From a virus, in the IMG/VR virus record IMGVR_UViG_3300038393_003172, positions 1-64,000 of that record: a stretch of DNA of 64,000 bases, one strand, 5' to 3'. The notes beneath the pieces are model-generated. The model was given only the letters and a program-made list of their open reading frames with translations, made no database searches and had not been told where the DNA came from. The first letter of the stretch is position 1. The number at the start of each line of letters is the position of its first letter. Both the position numbers and the translations under genes were made by a program. Below are positions 57,538-64,000 of the stretch, piece by piece.

Positions 57538-58185
57538 TCACCACAGGTGGCAGTTGTCGCCATAGTCGCCGTCCTCCAGCGCCTGCACGCTGGGCATCAG
57601 TTCCACGACGGACTTGTCGGGCTCATCAATGCTCTGCGCCCACACCAGAGCGACCTTCCCGTTGGGCAGGTACACCCGCACGTAAGGCCCACCGCCGCGG
57701 TCCTCGTCGTACTCGACCCGGATGGGGGGCGCCTCCTGCGCCTGCGTTGGCGCGGCTGCAGGTGGGGCCGCAGGTGCTGGCGCTGGGGCAGGTGCTGGCG
57801 CAGCGAAGCAGGCGAGGGCCGTGCGCCGGGCAGCACTGAAGCTGCCGTAGGCGTTGCCCAGCAGCGCCAGTGCCGCGTCCTGCGTGATGGCCTCGCTGAT
57901 GTTCTCGATGCCCGCGGGACCGCCGCTCCAGCGCGCGCGGTTGCCCTCCAGCGCCATCACCAACTGCTCGCGCGCTTCGTCGTCGGTCTTGGTGGGGTCG
58001 CTGGCCTGCGCGCGCAGCACGTCACGGGTGGCTTCCTCCAGCGCGCCGAGCGCCGCGAGCAGTTGCGCGCGCGCCTCGCACTGGCGCTGTCGCGCTGCCT
58101 GGTGCTGCTGCCGCACCGCAGCCAGCGCCGCGGGGTGCGGCTGCGCCGGCGTTTCCGTGGCAGGGGGGGAGATCACGTTGCTCAT
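57538..58185 (-). CDS. Hypothetical protein, LPNGK-domain paralog 1
   Basis: C-terminal PYVRVYLPNGKVALVW...VVELMPSV. Confidence 0.65.
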   Translation of the reverse strand: MSNVISPPATETPAQPHPAALAAVRQQHQAARQRQCEARAQLLAALGALEEATRDVLRAQASDPTKTDDEAREQLVMALEGNRARWSGGPAGIENISEAITQDAALALLGNAYGSFSAARRTALACFAAPAPAPAPAPAAPPAAAPTQAQEAPPIRVEYDEDRGGGPYVRVYLPNGKVALVWAQSIDEPDKSVVELMPSVQALEDGDYGDNCHLW

Positions 58186-61145
58186 GTGGGGCTCCTTGGG
58201 GGTGTGCGTGAAAGGGGGGTGAGGGGCGTCAGATGCGGGGCGGCATCTGCGCCAGCACCAGCGTGAAGGCGGCGTTCCACAGCGCGGTTTCGGCGTCGTG
58301 CTCCGCTTCGCTGCGCCGGCCTTCCTCAACGTCGCTCGGCAGCACCGGCTCGCGCCCGTGCAGGTCTTCGAACGCGGCAGCCATGAGCATGTTCGTGTCC
58401 AGCGGCGCCTCTGCGGTGCCGGCCAGCACCTGCGCCAGCACATCGGGCAGCAGGTACTCGCGCAGGAGCTGCACGTAGCGCCCGGCCAGTTCCAGCGGGG
58501 TGCAGAGGGGGGCGACGGGGGCGGGGGCAAGGGTCAGGGCTTCCATGTGCGGCTCCGGGTAGGCGGGAAACGGGGGGGCTCAGAACGCGTTGCGCCACAT
58601 GCGGCGGTCGGCCTCGACGCAGGCGAGCGTGTCGTACAGGTTCGCCAGCCGCTGCTCGGCACGGTGCAGGGGAACGCCGGCCTCAAGCCGCGCATAGGCT
58701 GCCTTCAGTCGGCGCGCACTGAATGCCTGCTCAACGCGCCGGATGCGCCGATACATCAGCGCCTCGGCGCACTCCCAGGGTGCGGTGCGCTGCAGCCGGG
58801 CGAGCAGCCCCTGCTCGTGCTCCCGGTTCTGCCGCAGGTATTCGCCGACGCTGCGCCGTTCCTCGCGGCGGTTGCGCCCGTAGAACAGGGGCTCCTTCGG
58901 CTGCAGCGGCGCACCGGGCTTGCGCCGCTGCTGGCGCTGCACGGCACGGGCGATGTTCTGGCGACGGCGGATCAGGGGGGTGATGGCGGTCATGGCTGCG
59001 TCCTCATCCCTGCGCTTCGTTGGCCTGCTGCGCTGCACGCGCTGCCTGCTCCTGCATCAGCCGGTGCATCTGCAGCACACCGGGCAGGCGCCACTTGAGG
59101 AACTGCAGCGCCTGCTCCCGCAGGTCCTGCTCCTGCGCGTTGCGGGCGAGGCAGCGGGCCTCCCCCTGCCACGTTGCGCTGGCGCTGCTGGCGATGGTCA
59201 CCAGATCCGCGCGCGCCGCCTGCTCATTCGGTGCGGCGCACACCGTGGCGATCAGCATGGCCTCGTTGGCGTCGTGCATGGCCTGCGCGGCGCACTCGAA
59301 GGCTTTCAGCGCGGCACGCTGGGCGTCCACGGCCTGCAGCCGGGCTTCGGTTTCGGGGGTCATGGTCGTTGCTCCTTTGGGGGTAGGCGGGAAATGGGGC
59401 AGGGGTCAGAACGGGATGTCCTCGAAAGCTGGCAGCGGCAGTGCATCGGCCGCCTCCTGTGCGGCGCGCAGGGAGTCGGCGTCGTCCCACCAGCGGATCG
59501 GCGGCATCACCTCCACCGTGTCCACGCCAGCGCGGCGCGAGGCCCACGCGATGGACGTGGCGCTGCACTCGTCCGTTGCGCAGGTGAGCACCACCAGGTC
59601 GTCGGTCTGCGCCAGCGCGCGCCGCGCCATGCAGACGGCCAGCGCGGCGGTTTCGTAGCAGTAGCCGTGGATCGGCTGGCTGATGAACGCGCCGTTGTCG
59701 TCAACCGGGTGGAAGGCGTGGATGGTGAACATGGCAGGTGCTCCGGGTAGGCGGGGAAGCGGGGTACGGTCAGTCGCGGGATTCGAGGAAACGGGCCACG
59801 TCGCGGCGCGTGCGCAGCTTCACGGGTCGGTATTCGGTGCGCTGGGGCAGGCCACCGCCGGTGACCAGCACCGGGTCCAGCGCCTGCACCGCACCGCAGG
59901 GCAGCAGCTCGCAGTCGTATCCGTTGCTGTGCAGCCACTGCAGCATTTCGTCCTGCTCGGCCGTGGCGCCTGCGGGCAGCACGAGGTCCAGCGCGAGGAC
60001 GGTGCAGCGGTGGTAGGTGTCGCTCACCTGCTGCACAGCGTGTTCCGGGTCGGCTGCCTGCACGCGCGCGGTGCCGCAGGTGCCAGTGGGGTTGTCCCAG
60101 TCCTCGGGGAAGCAGTAGAGGGCGTCGTAGGCGGGCATGGTGGTGCTCCGGGTAGGCGGGCAGGGAGGGTCAGTGCAGGTAGGGGGCAGCCGCAGCGTGG
60201 GCCTCGGTCAGCCGGTAGGCGGCAGCCAGCAGCGCGTCGTCGCTGCGCAGCAGCAGCGCGCACTCGCGGGCATGTTGTGAGGCCTCGCGGTGCGCCGGGC
60301 CACGCACGCAGTCGGGCACGTCAGCCAGCGCAGCGCGCACGCGCGCCAGCTCGGTGGTCAGGTGCTGGCGCAGGCCAGCAGCGGAGGCAGGGTTCAGCGT
60401 CATGGTGGTGCTCCTGTGGGTAGGCGGGCAGGGGTGTCAGGTGCGGTGTGCGCGTGGGCGGATGGCGTCGGCCACGCGCCGCGCGCGCAGCCACGGGTCC
60501 GTGTGGTAGGCGCGGCAGTAGCCCCGCTCCAGCGCATAGGCCCATGCAGCCTCGTGCGTTTCGAACTGCAGGCCGTCCGCGTCCAGCCGCTTGAAGCGCC
60601 CCTTGCCGCCCCACTGGTTCGTGAGGTCCGGGTACAGGCGCGCGACCTTCAGCGTGTGGACCGTGCCGCCCCCGTGATGCACGGAAACGCACACGGGGGG
60701 TTGGCTGGCGGTCACGGGCTCCTGGGTGCAGGTGAGGCGGCGGTTGGTCATGGCTGGCTCCGGTGTGCGGGTAGGCGGGTCACAGCAGGCCGAGGCGCCG
60801 CGCGTGTGCGTGCAGCTTCTGGCGGGTGTTGGTCAGGTCAGCCGCTACGTGCCGGGCCTTGCCCTCCTGCACCAGCAGTTCGATCACCTCCAGCCGCAGG
60901 TCCGTGTCCGGGTCAACGACCGGGGGGGCGGCGTTCTGCACCCGGCGCAGGCGGTCGGCTTCCTCCTGTGCCTGCTGCGCCTGCCGCTGCGCGCGCTGCT
61001 CCGGGGTTTCCGGCGGCAGGGGGGGCATGGACAGCAGCTTCTGCACAACCCGCAGCAGGCGGGCATCGACGCTGGACAGCGGCAGCAGGGGCGGGGTGGC
61101 GGGCATGGCGGGGCTCCGGGGGGTGTGCGTACAGGGGGGCGGGTT

Positions 61146-61478
61146 TCAGAAGCGCACGTACTGCGCGCCGCTGTCGGTGGGGTCGGTGTCGGCGGTGGGC
61201 AGCAGCACCACCGCGCACAGGTCGCCTTCCTCGGCCATGGCGTCCGGGTACACATGCAGCGCCTTTCCGCCCGGGAGGGTGATGTGCAGGTACGGGCAGG
61301 TCACATCGCCCTCCCGCTGCACCTGCACACCCGTGATGGGTTCGAAGGGCTCGGCATAGGCCATGTCCGCGCGCTGCTGCTGCCTGTACGCCTCCTCCTT
61401 CCAGCGGGCGGCTTCTTCGCGCGCCGCCTGCAGTTCGGCCAGCAGTTCATTCCGTTCGTGGTCAGGCATCAGTTCCAT
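61146..61478 (-). CDS. Hypothetical protein, LPNGK-domain paralog 2
   Basis: EPITGVQV...PYLHITLPGGKALHVYP...AVVLLP. Confidence 0.65.
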   Translation of the reverse strand: MELMPDHERNELLAELQAAREEAARWKEEAYRQQQRADMAYAEPFEPITGVQVQREGDVTCPYLHITLPGGKALHVYPDAMAEEGDLCAVVLLPTADTDPTDSGAQYVRF

Positions 61479-61532
61479 GGCGGGCTCCGGTGTGCGGGTA
61501 GGCGGTGCGGGGGGGTAGGCGGGGGCAGCGGC

Positions 61533-61907
61533 TCACCACGCCTGCGAATGCGCAGCGGGGGTGCCGGATTCCATGGCGTCCACGCTGGCGTGCAGTTCGA
61601 CCGCGCTGCTGGATTCGTCGTCCGCACTGCGCGGGTACACGCACAGCGCCTTCCCGTTGGGGAGGTAGATCACGAGGAAATCGCCGGCCCCCATATCGCT
61701 GCAGGTGTCCACCTGCACCCCCGGGATCGGTTCGCTGCGCTGCGGGTGCGCCTGCACCGGCTGCGGCTGGCGCAGTTCAGCGGGCACCGGCACACCTGCG
61801 CGGCTGGCTGCGGTCAGCACCGCCTGCTGTGCAGCGGCCAGATCGCGCAGCGCCTGCGCATAGGTTTCGACGGCCTGCAGGTGGGCACGGATGGCGGGGG
61901 TATTCAT
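61533..61907 (-). CDS. Hypothetical protein, LPNGK-domain paralog 3
   Basis: EPIPGVQV...FLVIYLPNGKALCVYP...AVELHASV. Confidence 0.65.
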   Translation of the reverse strand: MNTPAIRAHLQAVETYAQALRDLAAAQQAVLTAASRAGVPVPAELRQPQPVQAHPQRSEPIPGVQVDTCSDMGAGDFLVIYLPNGKALCVYPRSADDESSSAVELHASVDAMESGTPAAHSQAW

Positions 61908-62962
61908 GGCGGGGGTTCCTGTGTGTGCGTGTAGGGGTCAGGCTGCGGCGTGGCAGGAGCGCACCGCGTCGTCCGCGCGCACCAGCAGCGGCAGCACCGC
62001 GTCGGCGCCGCAGCGGTCCAGGGCCTGCACGAAGCGGCGCACCCGGGCCAGCACCGCACGGGTGGGCAGGTGCCCGGTGCGTGCCGCTGCAGCGCCCTCC
62101 CGCGCCATGCGCGCCAGTTCGTGCGCACCGGGCACAGGCAGCCGGGGCAGTTCGGCAGCAGCGGCGTCCAGCACGTCCAGCAGCGCGGCGTCCGGCTGCC
62201 CGGCTGCGGGGGCGGCAGGGGCAGGACGGGCCACGCGCCAGCCGGTGTCCGAGTCCAGCACCACGACCCGGGCGCCATCCAGCCCGCTGCGCTGCGCTGC
62301 TGCCTGCTGGGCAGCCTCCAGCGTGTCGAACGGCGGGGTGTGCATGTCGAACGCGGTCACCTGCACTGCGCCGCTAGGCGGCTGCTTGCGGGTGCGGCGG
62401 GCGGGGGCGGTGGATTGGTAGGCGATGCGGAACATGGCGGTTCTCCTGTGCGGGTAGGCGGGCGGGGGGTGTTCAGCGTGCGTTCGGCACGAACAGGGCA
62501 GCGAAGGCGGCGTCTGCGGGCAGGCCCAGCGCGCGCACCGTCTGCACCGCATCCAGCGGCGCGGCGTTCACCCGGGCAGGCACTGCCGCGACGGCCTGCG
62601 TCTGCGCAGCCGGCACGCCCAGCACCAGCACCACGGCAGCCAGCAGCGCCAGTGCAGCGGTCAGCAGCGCCTGCAGGAGGCCCCGCTGGGCACGGGCAGC
62701 AGCGGCAGCGTCCGCAGCCATGGCGTCAGCGCGCGCATCCCGGGCCTCCTGGCGCGTGCGGTACACGTCCACGGGGGCACCGTCCCGCACCAGCGTCCAG
62801 CCGATTTGCTGGCGCGTGGCACGGCCGGTTTGGGGATTCAGGGCATAGGCGCGCTTCACTTGGTAGGTGTGCATATATGGCTCCGGTTGGCGCACGCACA
62901 GCACCGCGCGCGCGTGGTGCGCTGCGTTTGTGGCGGTGTCTTGTGTGCGGTGCATGGGTGAA

Positions 62963-63026
62963 ACATTAGGCGTAGAACCCAATAGTTGTAGCCCCGCATT
63001 CCTGGGTATATGTAGCGCCGCGCTGG
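62963..63026 (-). promoter_or_regulatory. Head promoter of the small-ORF array: operator B plus degenerate operator A
   Basis: -10 TAATGT; TTAGGCGTAGAACCCAA at 62966-62982; GTAGCGCCGCGCTGG at 63012-63026. Confidence 0.7.
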
Positions 63027-63039
63027 CATATTAAGTGCC

Positions 63040-63520
63040 GCCCTTATATATGCGCCCGGTGCTGCTGATATATATATGCGGCACCGGCTGCCCCGCCTGC
63101 CTGCACCTGCAGCGCTGCCCGGGGCTGCCTGCTGTAGCGCACACCTGCACCGGCTGCCCGGGTGCTGGCCACCTGCTGCCCGTGCTACCGCACGCATGCC
63201 CTGCCCGTGCCTGCCCGGGTGCCTGTGCTGCCCTGCCTGCTGCTGCCGCAGGTGTGCCCGGCTGCCTGCACTGCGCAGCTCCTGCACCGGCTGCACTCCT
63301 GCCCGCCTGCTCCTGCACTGCGCACCGGCTGCCCGTGCTGGTGCTGCCTGCCTGCGTGTGCCCTGCTGCGGCTGCCTGCTGCCCCGGGTGTGCCGTGCCT
63401 GCCCGGGTGTGTGCCTGCCTGCTGCCCGCCTGCTGGGGCGCGCAGCGCCCCGGGGCAGGCTGCACGGGTGCCCGGTGCCGGGTGTGCCGGTGCCTGCGCC
63501 CCTGCCCCCGCCCCGCTGCG
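63040..63520. repeat. Low-complexity TGC/TGCC-rich, A-poor tract
   Basis: GCACCGGCTGC at 63081, 63147, 63284 and 63322; CCGTGCCTGCCCGGGTG at 63205 and 63393; preceded by TATATATGCG twice. Confidence 0.8.
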
Positions 63521-63769
63521 CACGCGCGCCGCAGCTGCGGCCCCACACGGGCCGTTCGCTCGACCAGGTGCCACACCCCCACAGCCAGGCCGAACGTGCA
63601 GACAGCGCCCGCGTCGCGCCCCAGGGGGGGAGGTAAATCGTTGGGGCTTCGAGGGGTCGAAACCGCGGTGGGCCTCAGGCGCAGATTTTTTTCGTCCAAA
63701 AAGGGGTTCCTCGGGCCGCCGCGTGCCTTTTTGCGCTGGCCGCTGCGAAACCACTTGACGGCACGCGCG

Positions 63770-63798
63770 TTGTGTGTCCGATAGCGCGGCGCTACAAT
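63770..63798 (+). promoter_or_regulatory. Rightward promoter overlapped by operator A
   Basis: TTGTGT-17-TACAAT; ATAGCGCGGCGCTAC at 63781-63795. Confidence 0.7.
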
Positions 63799-63912
63799 GC
63801 GCGCACGCCTGGTTCGGTGCTGCCTGCCAGGGGAATTTGCCCACCGCGCCAGCGGTCAACCCGGTTCCGATCCGGGAGCCCAGCGTGGGACAGGTATTTC
63901 CGAAAAAAATCT

Positions 63913-63940
63913 AAGCCCGCCGCAAGCGGGTTTTCCTTTT
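63913..63940 (+). terminator. Intrinsic terminator
   Basis: AAGCCCGC-CGCAA-GCGGGTTTT followed by CCTTTT. Confidence 0.75.
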
Positions 63941-64000
63941 CTGGAGAGGGTTCGCGAGCAGCGGCGGGGTTGGTTGTTGCGCGCGATTTGCCGGGTCACA

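Larger units (their letters stand above)
57227..62874 (-). other. Tandem array of 14 small ORFs with conserved spacers (57227-57493, 57538-58185, 58229-58546, 58580-58993, 59004-59363, 59406-59732, 59770-60138, 60170-60403, 60437-60751, 60780-61106, 61146-61478, 61533-61907, 61938-62435, 62473-62874)
   Basis: All on one strand, non-overlapping, all TGA stops; most spacers are 28-55 bp with a C-rich motif and a GGAG RBS. Confidence 0.8.

Noticed and set aside
57227-62874. CRISPR array or integron attC cassettes
   Set aside because: Repeat core is only about 11 bp and non-palindromic; the 'spacers' are whole ORFs; no RYYYAAC/GTTRRRY ends, cas genes or intI visible
63031-63859. Cys/Pro/Ala-rich ORFs in several frames
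   Set aside because: By-product of the low-complexity, stop-free TGC tract; no convincing RBS
63860-63876. tRNA gene
   Set aside because: Only a T-arm-like hairpin; no acceptor, D or anticodon arms could be built

Overview
GC-rich window that reads as the non-structural part of a large temperate phage or phage-plasmid; a Burkholderiales-like host is my inference. No capsid, tail, terminase or integrase gene is visible. Layout: (i) 1-6.3 kb, a rightward operon with an RHH/MobC-like gene and a VirD2/MobP-type relaxase among phage small ORFs; (ii) 6.3-28.8 kb, a long leftward early operon (RtcB, DHFR, Dcm-type methyltransferase, RecT + YqaJ, vWA protein, many hypotheticals); (iii) 28.8-30.9 kb, an immunity region with a cI-like HTH gene; (iv) 30.9-44.8 kb, a rightward operon with a replication initiator, RusA and a Q-like antiterminator; (v) 45-63 kb, a mostly leftward block with two KorC-like HTH genes, DUF932, a DUF4942 methyltransferase and about 25 small ORFs; (vi) 63-64 kb, a TGC-rich tract, a cos-like sequence, and a promoter/small-RNA/terminator unit. 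Three non-coding signals stand out by eye. First, a 15-bp palindrome GTAGCGC-N-GCGCTAC occurs about 13 times, several copies overlapping sigma70 -10 boxes. Second, a 17-bp inverted repeat TTAGG-N7-CC(C/A)AA overlaps the -10 of five promoters in block (v), including that of a KorC-like repressor. Third, a conserved CCCGCCTACCC...GGAG motif sits in the spacers of the small-ORF array. Together these suggest a dedicated, dual-repressed 'early-entry' gene array resembling a plasmid leading region. All protein calls come from motif recognition only; no searches were run.
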